From Octopus vulgaris (Eukaryota): 64,000 bases of DNA. The translations under genes and the position numbers were made by a program. The first letter of the stretch is position 1, and each line of letters opens with the position of its first letter. The notes beneath the pieces are model-generated. The model saw only the letters and a program-made list of their open reading frames with translations, was not told the origin of the DNA and did no database searches. This document shows, piece after piece, positions 37,816 through 51,347 of this stretch. The DNA lies in assembly GCA_951406725.2 (NCBI GenBank), contig OX597815.1, positions 55,676,001 to 55,740,000 on the forward strand. The letters are read 5' to 3'.

Positions 37816-38046
37816 TCCGAAATGGGATTGAGTGTGAGTTATCTCGCCTGTCCATAACTCTAAGGTATTTTAACATCGGCGATATGAGAGTTATGTACTC
37901 CGCTATGATATTGCAACCACCGGAAAATACACAGGGAGCAGGGCGAAAAACGACCTATCCTCCTACATGCTTGAAAATGCCAGGGCACACAGATACTACC
38001 GAAAAACTCGGGTATGTATAATTATTTGTATTTATATTTCTCGTGT

Positions 38047-38112
38047 ATTGTGTTGACGAAGGAAAAAAACTCTTTTATGGCTTTAATCCAGAAATTGGGC
38101 CCAATTCACAAT
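38047..38112 (+). ncRNA. Type I hammerhead (core TTGACGA) between 33-bp inverted arms
   Basis: ATTGTG-TTGACGA-aGGA...TCCa-GAAA-TTGGGCCCAA-TT/CACAAT; arms 37977-38009 and 38171-38203. Confidence 0.6.
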
Positions 38113-38479
38113 TAACGTGAAGTCTTTTAATGTTTTTTCACTCGCCCGACTACAACCTGTGTATATTTAGGAGTTTTTCGGTAGTGTCTGAGTGCCCCGG
38201 CATAATTACATACATATATACAATGGCGATGCTCCAGCATGGCCACAGTAATTGGACTGAAGCATATAAAAGAATATATATATATAATTATTAATTTAAT
38301 GTATAAATTATCTATAAATTTTTATTGCGTGCTGACTACCTGATAAAAATCATTAACGTGATTTTATCCTTCTATTCTTATGAAACTAAAGAATAAATTT
38401 GCTTTGCGATTCCAGAAGATATTGACAAAGAAGGAAAATGGAAAAACTTCGATAAAGCATTCAAACAGACAGCCAAAGA

Positions 38480-38568
38480 AGTACTTAGTGATACGCGCCT
38501 GGGAGGAATTCTCTTACCGCATTGATGTTGCCTGTACTGCAGATGGTGGCCACAATGAACACTTGTAA
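38480..38568 (+). mobile_element. Tc1/mariner transposase C-terminal fragment
   Basis: RAWEEFSYRIDVACTADGGHNEHL*. Confidence 0.65.
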
Positions 38569-39597
38569 GACAGGAAATAAAAGTTGGTTGTGAGTAAATA
38601 CTTGTGACTTAGCTGGAGTTTTCTATTGCTTTTCCTTATTTAAAATATTGAGGAGTGTGAGGATATGCATTGTCGGGGAGAAAATTGGGCCACCTGTATA
38701 CACTCGCTTAGGCATTTGCAAGACTTATAACCTGGCATAGAAATCAATATACGTTTGTTTCAGAAAAAAGGGTTAGATGAATATAGAGAAGTAATAAAAG
38801 ATTAAAAAAAAAGTGATGACACAGGAAGATCAATGGTTATGCTATCATTAGCTTACGACTGTTCCTGCTACAAGATGCAGTGAACTCTTAGTCGAGTGCC
38901 TGAATAACATCTTATAGCTTTATTGGAGATGATATACCACAAGATTATTTGTGCACAGTACTGCTAGTTAAAGAAAAATCCCTCATATAGTGTTGTTGAT
39001 AACAGCAATGGACTTTTACTGTAATACCTATTTAAAGCTGGGTCAGCTTCACTGTTTGGAATTAAATATCTTGGTCATGGATAATGTCAGAGTAGGCTTA
39101 CAGATTCGAATTGCTTGGTTGGCTATCTAGTACTATATCGACTTTTATGTTTGTGCTCTCTTGTTCACGGTTCAATTGAAACTACCAGATGTATGCCTAT
39201 TTACAATGATCTCAACTATATAGTACCTAAAGGATGGGCACTGAATTGACAGCGGCAGCAGAGTACCGGACTAAATGGTCTCACAGTATTTGATTTCAGT
39301 CTTTTATTGTCGTTAAAATAAATTCTAGTGCATAAAGAAATGAAATAAATACTGACAGAGAGAGAAAAAATGAGAGGTGAAAAAGAGAGATATAGAAAGA
39401 AAGACAGGAACAGAGATCTCAGTGAAAAACTGTTAGAATCATGCATTAATTTCTTTTTTTATATATCTTTAAAGAAATAACCAAAATAAAACAGCCGAAT
39501 GAACCAAGAAAGACTTACTAACAGCAATAAAAGTCAAGGTGAAACAGCTGTGGTAATGTTTATACACTTTCATTAAAACTGAAATCAGTTTATGCTG

Positions 39598-39920
39598 AGA
39601 CCCCCTTCGGTCATGACTGACCATGGGTTTGCACCTAGAAAGTTACCCTCCCAGGCACAAGTCCGAGCAAGGTTGTTTATGGAAGACCAGTAGTCGCCAT
39701 GCATATCTCCACGCCACCGATGTCATCCAAGGGAAAGGCAAGGGCCGATACAGCTTGGCACCTTAGACGTCGCAACTCATTTCTACAGATGAGTGAACTG
39801 GAGCAACGTGAAATAAAGTGTTTTGCTCAAGAACACAACACACATTCCAGTCCGGGATTCGAACTCACAACCTCACGATCGTAATTTCTACGCTCTAACC
39901 ACTGAGCCATGTGACTTCAC
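39598..39920 (-). mobile_element. tRNA-derived SINE (fourth type)
   Basis: A box TGGCTCAGTGG, B box GAGTTCGAATCCC, then CTTGAGCAAAACACTT. Confidence 0.8.
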
Positions 39921-41825
39921 AATCAGGTTATGAGGATACCAAATATTGAAAAAAAAAAAAAAGTAATCAGTAACATAAAATATGGAAAATTGGGATAATG
40001 AGCTAAAGAAAAATAATTTCTGAAAATGGTCAACACAATGTAACAGGAAAAAAAGTGGAAACAATGATGTAAGAAATAAGCAGAGAAGGAGATATATGAG
40101 TTCTGTAATCTCCTAGTCGTTAATCTGCAAGAGAATAATTGAAAATAACCAATAGAGCAAACTAACGAATAGTGGGGAGAGAGGGGAAATTGTTATGAAC
40201 AAAATATAACCTTTTGATACAATTTACGCTTGGCTGAAGGTGAAAATGCGAACAATAAAGGCCATAAAATAATAGGACCAATTTGGAACTATTAGAACAA
40301 TAAAAGAACTGAAAATGTAAGCGATATAACGAAAATACGATAAATATACAAATGGCTCCAAGAATTAATAAGGGGAAATCTTTTCGCCGTAGAGCAAATG
40401 TTTATGTGTGTATGTATGTGAGTGTCTGCGGTCAGTTGTAGACAAAAATGGTAGTTGTCCACAAGCTTTGATGGTAGTCAAGTTTTCTTTTATAAAGAAA
40501 TCTGGACTTTCATGTGAAAGAGGATGTCTATAAAAAAAAATAAAGAGAAAGACGAGGAATTGATACGAATGCTTGTAACAGAACACAAGGATCAAGTAGT
40601 CCATTTATTTCACAAAAACAAGTTTTCAATAATCACATTTTCCCACGTTTTTTGCACAATTTATAAACCATTACATACCATGAAGAAAACTAAACTGTGT
40701 GTTGTCAAAAATAATTGTAGTTTTGTAACCATCACTGCTACACATAGCACAATCATAAGTTCTATCTCCAGAGCTAATTAGGTTACATGACAGAACTAAC
40801 AAAAATCTCCAAGTTCTTGTCTCTAATACTGACAACCACATTGATTATTCAACTGCTCCTTTTCGCAGAACAGATTACACAACAAAGGTTTTGATTAAAT
40901 GGCTATATTTCTGAAACAAAATATTAAGTACATTAGCCAAGTTCTGGTTGATATAATCAACTGCAGGGCGATGTCACTTGTGTATGATGGCACACTAATG
41001 CTCATTAATGACAGTTATTTATTGACTGAAAACAACAAGAACAGTAATGGTAACGGCAATGAGAACAATAGTAAGGGCAGCCTTTATAAGAAGGAGAATA
41101 CCAACACACACAACAACTGCGGCAGCAGCAACAACAACATCAGAAACAGTAACAACAGCTGCAACAGCAAGAATAAAAATGACGACAAAATATGGTAGGA
41201 ATGACATCACGGACGCGCATATATACTTAAATACTTTTACACATAGTATATACGTATATGCACATGTCACCGATATTTTCAACCGATACTTTACAACCGT
41301 ATTTGATTCTTCACGTGCTTCAATTCTGTGTATATACATATATTTACTAGATTGCTGACATTTATTGGTAGTTTCTTTCAGTGCGTTGATAATGCCATTT
41401 TCTATCATTAATAAACTTGTCGGCATTCTTGATGACAGGGGTATGCTAGTTACAAAATAAACAACTATTTGCAAAAGTTCGCAGATCAACAATCGCATAT
41501 TTTTCAAAGACATTTTTGAGTTGAACATGTAACACGAAAGAATTTGCTGACTTAAATTCCACTGATGTAACTATAGATTCAGAAAAGGAGTTCAAAGTAT
41601 TCACAAAATATAGACTATGCATACACCTACTGAGAGACACAAATATATGTATACCTGTATCAATCTATTTCTTTCTTCACGTATGCATTTGCACGCTTGT
41701 TCATATATGCTTTATACCTTACAATACGTATGTATGTATGTATGTATGTATGTATGTATGTATGTATGTATGTATGTATGTATGTATGTATGTATGTATG
41801 CATGTATGTATGTATGTATGTATGT

Positions 41826-42450
41826 CTCTTCTATTTTTTAATTACTATAAATCTTCTACTGAGGATGGACCGGTTTCCAACAAAGATACAAGGCCCCATC
41901 ATTGGGATTTAGTTAACATAGGCAAAGTCACATTTGGAACTTAAGAAAAGTCTTGCATATTTTTACTGTTCCACCCACAGATTGCACTTGTAATGTACGA
42001 ATCAGCCGGTCAGTTTCTCCTTCTGAAAATCTCAGTTTATCCAGATTCTCCTTTAAGCATTTATTAACAAAATCTACTGCCCCAATTATTATTGGTTTGA
42101 GTATGAATTCATAGTCTTGATATAGAAACTGGGGTTTTCAAAGCAGTTGTCCATAGATATCCTCTTTTTCTTTGATTTTTAAAGAGATATTCATATCTGC
42201 AGGGCAGCTGATCTCTATGATGGTACATACCTTTGCCCCTCGGTCCCAAACAACAATAACCGGCCTGTTATGTTTACATTTGACAGAAGTTTTGATGGGA
42301 ATATTCCACCAGCATTCCTTGAGTTGGTGTTAATGAATGTATTCCATAATAGAGGGATTTTCTAAGTTTATTTCAGGACAGTCATTTTTGCGGATGATAT
42401 TGTAAATTGCTTTAGCATCAACATCGTGTCGCATAGGGAGGTAGTACCGT
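41826..42450 (-). mobile_element. R4/Dong-like LINE 3' end inserted in (TATG)n
   Basis: Reverse-complement near-copy of 55060-55652; (TATG)n on both flanks. Confidence 0.9.
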
Positions 42451-42754
42451 GTATGTATGTATGTATGTATGTATGTTAGTGCATAAAATAATTATGAGAA
42501 TTCATTTGAAGAGTTTTTTTTTCTAGGAGGCCATCTTGTACATAACAATAAAATACAAATTGTATTTTATGTGATCATCATAGTTATTGCTAACCTAATC
42601 ATAGTTTTATTGCTTATAATGTGACAACAATAAAGACTAATCCAATAACCTACTTTACTCCTATAAACCTAAAAGTGAGCTCATACTGTTCTGTATTTAA
42701 TATAGTACCAGAATAAGAAATATGAATAGAACTTTAAAAGTGATAACAATTTCT

Positions 42755-43025
42755 TACATAGGCATAAAGCCAAAAATTTGGAGGCGGTAAGTGTACTTTA
42801 TATTCTTTTTTACTCTAGGCACAAGGCCCGGAATTTTTTTTTCTTTTGGGGGGGGGGGGGCAGTCGATTAGATCGACCCAATACACAACTGGTACTTAAT
42901 TTATCGACCCCCAAAAGATGAAAGGTAAAGTCGACTTCGGCGGAATAAGTGTACTTTATATTATCGACCTCACGATCTCGTAAGGATGAAAGGCAAAGTC
43001 TGCTTTGGTGAAATTTGAACTAAGA
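42755..43025 (-). mobile_element. Nested Meta-core SINE fragments
   Basis: Copy 42803-42945 flanked by direct repeat TAAGTGTACTTTATATT (~42788 and ~42946), inserted into another copy. Confidence 0.75.
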
Positions 43026-43029
43026 CAGT

Positions 43030-43620
43030 GCTTCCATCGCTGTCCTCCTAGTCGTTCAGCAGATAAGTCAGTCAGTCGGTTGTTATGTGAACAGCCGTAT
43101 ATTATTCGCCGTCTGAGAAGGGAGTTGGCTCGTCCCAGTGCATCTTTGGACAACCACCTTTGTTTCGATTCATTTTTCTAGTTCCAGCATTTTTTTTTTT
43201 TACTTTTTGCTGTTAGCTAAAGCATGCCAACCACTTCATCATTCGCTCCTTATCATCATATGACAGTAAGGTGGAATGGCTGAGAGAGAAGTGGGGGCTT
43301 TCCGCTTCCTGGTCGTTAGATGCTGCCGGAGACAAAATTAATTTAAAAAACAATTTTTTTTTTTCACAATCCTCGAACTTGGGATCAGTTGTGGTCTGGA
43401 AATAACCGTTTTTTCTCCCTGTTGTTGTTGCTGCTACTGTCTCCGTTGTTGTCCACTGCTCTCTTTTATTCACTCTAGCCCTTCTCCTCCGAGCAGAAAA
43501 CCTCGAGTGAATTTTATTGTGACGTGTGTAACAGTTGGACTTTCAATCGACTAAAATTTTCAGGCTATTTCAGAAAATTTCACGACATTCTTGTCTCACA
43601 TCCATGTTTTCCTGAGAGTT
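43030..43620 (-). mobile_element. Probable Tx1-like ORF1 5' fragment
   Basis: Frameshifted INF..AASND motif and RRIIY segment resemble the other ORF1 N-termini. Confidence 0.4.
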
Positions 43621-46600
43621 GGCTTATATTCAGAATTACATCTCGACAGGAAATATGAACAAGAAAAAACAAAATTCATTTGATAAAAGAGTTATTTTCC
43701 CACTACGTATTTAAATGTCTGTGTTTGCATATATAAGTGTTGTCATTTTTCTTTTTATTTCGCTTTTTTCTTTTAGATTTATGTTTGCGTTTACAAAATT
43801 TGCAAACCTGTTCAAAATATTGAAGAAGTGCACGCCAAGTAAAGAAGTCAAGTCGTTACGCAAGTTAGCGAATTTTTACATAAAATTAGGGTATAGTTGT
43901 ATGCGCAGGCTTGGACAAGGTATTTTAAGGAAGACCAGCAGCCGCTTGCATACAACTCTAACATCTCAACGTCGAAAATGTTATCAAAAAGAAATGCCAC
44001 CACATTAAGAACAGTCACAGCTTGGCACCAAACTCCACAGAGCCCTCCCTCTTTCAGCTGGGGTGTCAACTTTCATTTGTTGTGTTTGAAAGAGAGCAAC
44101 AACTTTGTACAGAATAAGTAAGCTCATCGCAGTGAGAATGACAAAAGATTTTATAGGTGACAGTGATAGAGCTCTATAAGCTGGTGATATCTTTTCTTCC
44201 AATTATCAATCAAATAGTAAGCAGCACTTTCGTACATCGTTATTAGTTTTAATTCGACAAACTTACCCGCATCATTTTATTCGTCAGACTACATCGCGCT
44301 GAAATTATCAATGTTGATACATCCAGCAGTTACAAGCAGTCTATGCTAAAACAAATTTAGCATGTACATCAGTATAGTGTCCTACTTATTTCCCCTGTCT
44401 TTTAACAGCGCAACCGGTTACGATTAAAATAACAAGACTGATCATCAATTTTCTAATAACTTATTTCTGTTGCTTACTACAATAAATATGTCAACACTAT
44501 CTTAACTACTTGTACATAATTGTCTACATCTTTTCCCGTTGCTAAATTTGAATTTTCCGGTTGATTTCATCTTTTGATGATATTGCCACATAAAATACTG
44601 TTTTTTTTTTTCTTACATCTTATTGCTATATTTCTCTTCGGATTTGCTATTTGTCTCACAACAGCTGAAAATCGAATTCATTTAGCGTGCTGAAAAGAAA
44701 AAATAAAGCAAAACAAACTCTTTAATATATAATAGAAAGGAAATGGCATGTTGTGACGTTTATTCTTTCACCAAGGCTATTAACAGGGTGAAGTGGTTTC
44801 AATTGAAGAGTTCTTTATTAAAAGGAATGGGTTGGGAGCTGATAGCATTAAGATGGTCCGCTACTCAGTTTAGATCTGAATCTTCGATCGAGTCGCTCGG
44901 CCTTGCTATGGGATTCCAATCCTTGGTCAACTGAGTACACGGTAACAGATGTGTTATCCCACATTAAATACACCTTTCCATATTAAATACATCGTTTCTC
45001 ATTCAGCAGGTAAATACCCTTTAGTAATGTAGATTGAAACCGTTAATTATTGTGCAGCTTCCGATTTCTATCTCCTTGCTCATTAGAAGACTTGATCTAA
45101 TCTGCAGTAGAATGACAGGTTACGTTCTTTAGCCTACTTCGTTCAGTACGAGATTCTATCGACGAAAACGAGGTACGAACAGACAACCTTTATTCGACAG
45201 CTTATTGATAATGTCAACCACAACTTTGAGTTGTGGCTGACATCCTAATAACCGTTAGTTGTTTTTAGCTCTTTGCTTCGTTGAAAATTCATTACTTGGT
45301 TTAATGTTCACAATTTTAATTTAAAGGGCAATGGTTCACTTCTGCACTGTGAGTTGTTAATTCTGTGAAACATATGTTCTTCAAAGAAACATGCCATTAG
45401 AAGAAAAAAATAGGAAATAAATTTTTATATTTTCACTGATATAGCTGAAATTCACTTTACTAATGTTTGTCAGATTATTTTTCTAGTTTACAATGAAATA
45501 AGATAAAAGTATAGCTCGTTCGTAATCGTCGAGAGCTAAGCTTTCAACGAGCAGTAATTTAACCCGAGTTTTCGAGTCGTTATGGTTATAACTATTACAT
45601 TTCATTCACCCCCCAGTTCTTTTGGGAAAGTCAGGAACAACTAACGTTGCATTAAACATCTTTTATGAATATAGTTAAGAATACAGTATTGTTTCATTTT
45701 GTTAAACGTATGTAATGCGTTTAACTAATGCATTAACGCGAGAGCAATGAAAAGCAATGCTAACCCCAGTGAAATATGAACAACGAGACACCATTTTTGT
45801 TGTTTCGACCATTTCTACTGTCCAATTTATTAAGCATTGTGACTACTTTGTTCTGACAAAGCACTTGTATTTTCCCCCTTATATGTTCTTCTCCTATTTA
45901 TAGCTAAGTGGAGGAAATCTACTGGATGTCATTTTTATCATTGAAATAATGTGCCATAAATACATAAATCTACTGGTTTATCAGTATATTTTTCTTAAAA
46001 ATTTTTTAGAACGAGTGTTTAAGTTGCAAACTGTCAACTTTTAACAAGAAACTATGACAACGTCTGCACTAGATGCATAAAATACCACTGCTGTCAAGAC
46101 ACATCATCCTATCGACTTAACCATCCGCTTTCTTATGCTTTAGACATAGACTTAGTGTGACGTGTATTCCACTAGAGTGCAAATTTTGACCTTATTAGAC
46201 TGCATAATTGGGAAAAATACTTAACAGAGATAACTGTTTATGTCATCATTCACTTAGTAGATGTATCACACTCTCCTTACTCTCTTCACGCTAAACACTT
46301 CAACAACAAAAGCCACGTAATTTTAATGAAAGATCTTTAATGAGTCACAGCTTCGATTGCGTTTTTCTTACTGAAGGGTAATTTATCTTACCAATGAAAT
46401 ATCATTAGTCATAGACAAAAACTAATACCTTTTAATTAACTTTGGAGTATTAGAAAAATAGGGACTTTCGTTTGTGATGACGACAAAGATGAGATAATGA
46501 GGTAATGAGGTAAGAAGGTAACGTTTAGCTTAGTTATATGTTCTATTGAAGCTGGAATTTAGGTAACAATATGCGTGAAGAGTTATATATATTTTTACTA

Positions 46601-47659
46601 TTTCCTTTGTAGACTATTTTGGCAAAGTGCGTGCTAGTTTATCTGTTTCATTGCCTGAAAGCTCAACTTTTCAAAGTTTACGCATTAAAGTAACATAGCC
46701 AATGGTACCAATATTGTACGGACAAATATCAATTTATGATAAGAAATGAGAAGTTGCAGGTCTCACAGTAAACGTCCATAAATATTATACGCACTGATTC
46801 TGAAATAAATACTCAAATTTGTAAAGAAATTGAGCTCTGTAAATATATATAATTTTTCCTTTCTGTCACAAATAGAATATCAAGCTTGTTATGTTTTCAT
46901 TTGGAAAATTTGATGGAAATGTTTTGTCAATATTTCCTTTGTTGAAATATGTGTATGTATTCAGGATCATAAACATTTAGTATATTCAGTCCAGGGCAGT
47001 CTTTTGTACGGTTGACACGGTACATTGTTTAAGCAAAGTTATGCCGAATTGGAAGGTGATATATATAATAATATTTTGAGCAGCTGCCAATCATGTGTAT
47101 TATTCTCCACAGTTGCATCTTGGGGCTTTAGCATCTTTTTTTTTTTTTTTTTGTTAAATATGTATTTTGATGCTGCCTAGACAGAGATACAGAAAGTGTC
47201 CTTGTAATATTCCTTTTGAAAGATTTATAACGGCAGACAGAATCTTTCTGCTTCCAGCAATGTGAAGTTTGCTGGCAAACATTTATCACCTTTTCCATAA
47301 TATCAACAAGAACAGCAGGTACATTCGCCAAGTGCAGTAATTGCAGTTACTGCAATTACTGCAGTAATCATGAATTGGGAATATAATCAAGTGCCTTTTT
47401 TGTAATCATGTTTCAACGATGTTGTCTTGTTTTTTGCATTAGCAATTTTTCTCCCTCAATTTTTATCTTTAAGCTTTATTTTGTTACATCTTCATCAAAA
47501 CTAAAGTTGCTGACAGTCAAAGTAGCATTTGTGGGTTGAAAGTATTCAGTTCCAAAAGAAAAGAAGAGCGAGTGGTGACTGGAGGTTTGGAGGAAAGCGG
47601 TAAGACAACGAAATCCAGAGTAGTCTTACAGGTATGTTTATTCGTATTGCGTGATGAAT

Positions 47660-47850
47660 CAGGTGTGGTTGTGTCGTAAAAAGTTTACTTCCCAAACACA
47701 TGGCTCCACATTCAGGTCCACTACGCATCACCTTGAGCAAGTGCCTTCTGCTATTGTTCCAGGATAACCAAAACCTTTTGAAGGAATTTGGTAGACGGTT
47801 TGACAACAGATGTTGGTTTGTTAACTTAGTGGTGTGACAAAAAATTGTGT
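47660..47850 (+). mobile_element. OK-like SINE, degenerate
   Basis: GTGGTTGTGTCGTAA head; CACCTTGAGCAAGTG; GGATTTGGTAGACGG-like body. Confidence 0.7.
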
Positions 47851-47982
47851 TAGAATAAAGACAAATCGATTAGTTCGGCCTCATGGTCACAGGTCCAAGG
47901 CAAAAAGTACATATATACATACGTAGTGCTAATGTACAAACACACACGCACACACAAACTATGTATATGTGTATTCATGGGT

Positions 47983-48023
<41 letters not shown>

Positions 48024-49226
48024 TTCCTTATACATATGAGTGCGCATATATATATTTGAATATGTATATATGTATATGCGAATGTCTGCAGACACAGTAT
48101 ATGGGAGTGTATTAATGTTTATAGATATGTGCGGATGTGCATGTGAGTATGTGTGTGAGTGTATAAACGCTGCTATAGCTTTCCCTGCCTGCGCTGGTTT
48201 AGCTATACGCCACTCGATGACAGACATATATTTTGTAATTTAGTAAATATATGTGGGTATGTCGAAATGTATTCATATGTATATATATGTGTATGTATAT
48301 TATTGTATGGATATGTATATTCATGGTTGGATATATATGTATATGTTTTTCTTATATGTATGAGTACGCAAATGCATATTTGAATGTGTATATAAGTATA
48401 CGCGAATGTTTGCAGACACAGTGCATGAGAGTGTATATGTATATGTATATGTGCGGATGTGCGCGTGTATGTGTGTGTGTGTGTACAAATGTTGGTATAG
48501 TTTTTCCCATGCCTACGCTGGTGTAGTAGAAATCTAACGCACTCAATAAAACAACCGTAAGGAAGACAATGGTAATTTAAATTCAAATCCACAAGCCAAT
48601 CATATTTTAGCGCTAGATCCGCAACCATTTCTGAAAGTAATTGTGTATTTATGTCACAAGGAAAATTATAAACTTGAACTCGGACTTACATATGTGCACC
48701 TGTGGATCTTAATGTAGTGTAAACAGAATGCTGGTACTTCATATTTCGTATGTATATGCGGATATCTAACACTTTGCATGGTATTGTAGTACTATTGTGA
48801 CTATATTGCTAATAATGGAATCTATGTATTATTTTTCTAGTATTAGCGTTATTAATAATAATATGAATGATGATATTGGTAGCATTAGTGGTAATGACAA
48901 TGATAATGATGCTAACATTAATGACATTTTGGAAATTAATAAGAATTAACATAATGTACTCTTGACTCTGTATATCTGCATTTAGGTATTAATATGTGTA
49001 TGTTTTTCTACATTGTAATTATCACAATATTAAGTTGAAAAACTGTAACATTGAATGTGGAACATATGTATGTTTATTAATTTATATTATTTATATCATT
49101 ATGTATATGTATATTTATATGTATAGGAGTATGAGTATATGCACTCATATGTATATATATATGTTTTATTATGGGTATGTACCCACACCTATATAAGTAT
49201 GTATGTAATCTGATTTGTATCACATA

Positions 49227-49353
49227 ATCTCCGAAGCGGCCTTAGGATATTTTTGTAAATGTCTCATTTATAACTACATATTGACCTACCACAAATGGCT
49301 AATATAAGTAATATGAGACATACTTATCTACATGGCCGAAACAGCTGTAAGAT
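49227..49353 (+). ncRNA. Degenerate type I hammerhead with long stem II
   Basis: ATCT-CCGAAGC-GGCC...GGCC-GAAA-C AGCT G-TA/AGAT; two core substitutions; inner hairpin ATGTCTCAT/ATGAGACAT. Confidence 0.5.
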
Positions 49354-49607
49354 GTAGTCTATATTTATATTTATGTGTACTTATATTTATTTTCTCTTAT
49401 ACATATTCTACTTATTGTATAACATTACTCTTTTATGTACACTCCTTTATGTACACTGTTTTGCCCTACATTATTATGTTTAACCTTATAGTTTCTTATG
49501 TGGTGGCTTAATAAAGTATGTGATTGAGTATTATCTGGTAATTGATATTTGATTTCGATATATTTCTCCATTTTCTTATTTCGTATATATATATATATAT
49601 ATATAAT

Positions 49608-49715
49608 CAGTCGCCATATCAAAGTGGCTGCTTCATGATTCTCCACCAGCTGGTTATCAGTGCATCTCTGAACCTTTTATAAATAATGCCCTTCCACCCT
49701 CTAGCAGGTATCATA
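49608..49715. repeat. Deleted copy of the element at 53630-53872
   Basis: Shared CAGTCGCCA.AT.AAAGTGG, GATTCTCC.CCAG.TGGTTATC.GTGC, CCACCCTCTAGCAGG. Confidence 0.7.
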
Positions 49716-49928
49716 ACTTTATTTTTTAGTATAGTTACAATTCTGGTCTCTACTTGAAACTTTACAACTAGCTATTTTGCTTATATATACACGCACACAC
49801 ACATATATACATATATACATACATACATACATATATATATATATATACATACATATATATATATACATATACATATACTATGCATATACATAAATACATA
49901 CATATATATAATATATTATATATATATA

Positions 49929-49970
<42 letters not shown>

Positions 49971-50016
49971 TTGGAAATGGATGCGTCGCGTACAATTAAA
50001 TAATAGATAATATATA

Positions 50017-50074
<58 letters not shown>

Positions 50075-50083
<9 letters not shown>

Positions 50084-50448
50084 AGAAGCTGAAGTTGTCT
50101 GTGTACGGCAGGTTTTGTATCCTTCAACTAACACTATCTCCTCCGAGACCCTGCGGCGCAAGTTGACTAAAATTGAGATTATGATAGGAGATGGGCTGCT
50201 CTTTCTTCCGTAGAAGAAAAAATTGAAATCGAACCATATTAACACCAAAAATTATTTACATCAAAAGGAGCTTTTTTTCTATGAAAATCCCTATTTTTAA
50301 CGACTTTTTGACTGCTGTGTCGCCATTTTTCGATGTATTTCAGTCAGAAAAATATTCACAAGCTACATAATTCAAAATATTTACTTTTCAAAAATTCCAA
50401 TTCTAAAAGGTCGAAACAAACCCGAGCAACGCCGGGCGATACTGCTAG
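50075..50448 (+). mobile_element. Non-autonomous Helitron
   Basis: 3' hairpin CCCG..CAAC..CGGG then CTAG|T; 5' TATATATAAG... start. Confidence 0.75.
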
Positions 50449-50459
50449 TATATATATGC

Positions 50460-50812
50460 ATGCATATGTGGATACAGGAGGTCGCCAACGGTGCAAATAA
50501 CATGAAATACGTAAACTACGATAAAAAAAGAAAACAGGACAAGTTTACACAGAGAAAGGACTCTTCATCAGTTGTTGGCTGTGTATCTACTTCTCATTTC
50601 GAGCATTCAACGACAATATGAGTCTTCAAATGCAGTTGCTCCCATCAATTCTAAAATAAAATTAAGGATTTATGGAGGGCGAAGTTAGGAACAAAAAATG
50701 ACAGTTGAGACATACAAGGAAACCGGACGAAAACAAACATGGAAGGTCATTAGACCAGAACGAGAGGAAAATGGTGAATGCTGGGAGGAATATTTTTGAA
50801 AAGAGAAAAGAT

Positions 50813-50847
<35 letters not shown>

Positions 50848-51247
50848 GGAGAGAGAGACATATAGAAAACGGTGAAGGAGGGAAGGGAAGAAAAATAGAA
50901 TTAGAGAAGGATGGAGGAAGAAAACTCTCGCTTTAGTCTAACGGCCATCCATGTTTGTTTTCGTTCGGTCTCCATTGTAATTTTTTAATTCTCAGGTTTG
51001 ACCCTCCATAAATCCTAAATTTCATTTTAGAATTCATGGAAGCAACTGTCTCTGAAGACTCATATTGTCGTTGAATGCTTGAAATGAGGAGTAGATAGAC
51101 AGCCGACAACTGATGAAGGGTCCTTTCTCTTTGTAAACTTGTCCTGTTTTCCTTTTTGTTCTCGTTGTTTACGTATTTCACTCATTTTCCTCTCGTTTCT
51201 TTACGTATTTCATGTTATTTACTCAGTTGGTGAACTTTTATATGCAT
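50460..51247. repeat. Inverted pair of ~300-bp repeats around a purine-rich spacer
   Basis: 50460-50767 is the diverged reverse complement of 50925-51247. Confidence 0.85.
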
Positions 51248-51347
51248 GTATATATATGTATGTGTATGTATATATATTTTTGAAAACCAGTGGATGTATT
51301 CCACTAAATTTAGGTAAATAGCGACGACGCCTGCTGGGTTCGGCTGC

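Noticed and set aside
38690-39580. Possible - strand exons (MKVYKHYHSCFTLTFIAV with GTAAGT donor; HLVRYSAAA resembling class 3 lipase)
   Set aside because: Spliced frame has stops and no GHSLG motif was found; not supportable without alignment
40899-41528. Asn-rich and Thr/Ala-rich ORFs
   Set aside because: Degenerate (AAC)n low-complexity sequence with no domain
43715-44121. Short ORFs after an acceptor-like polypyrimidine tract
   Set aside because: No recognisable motif and no consistent exon frame
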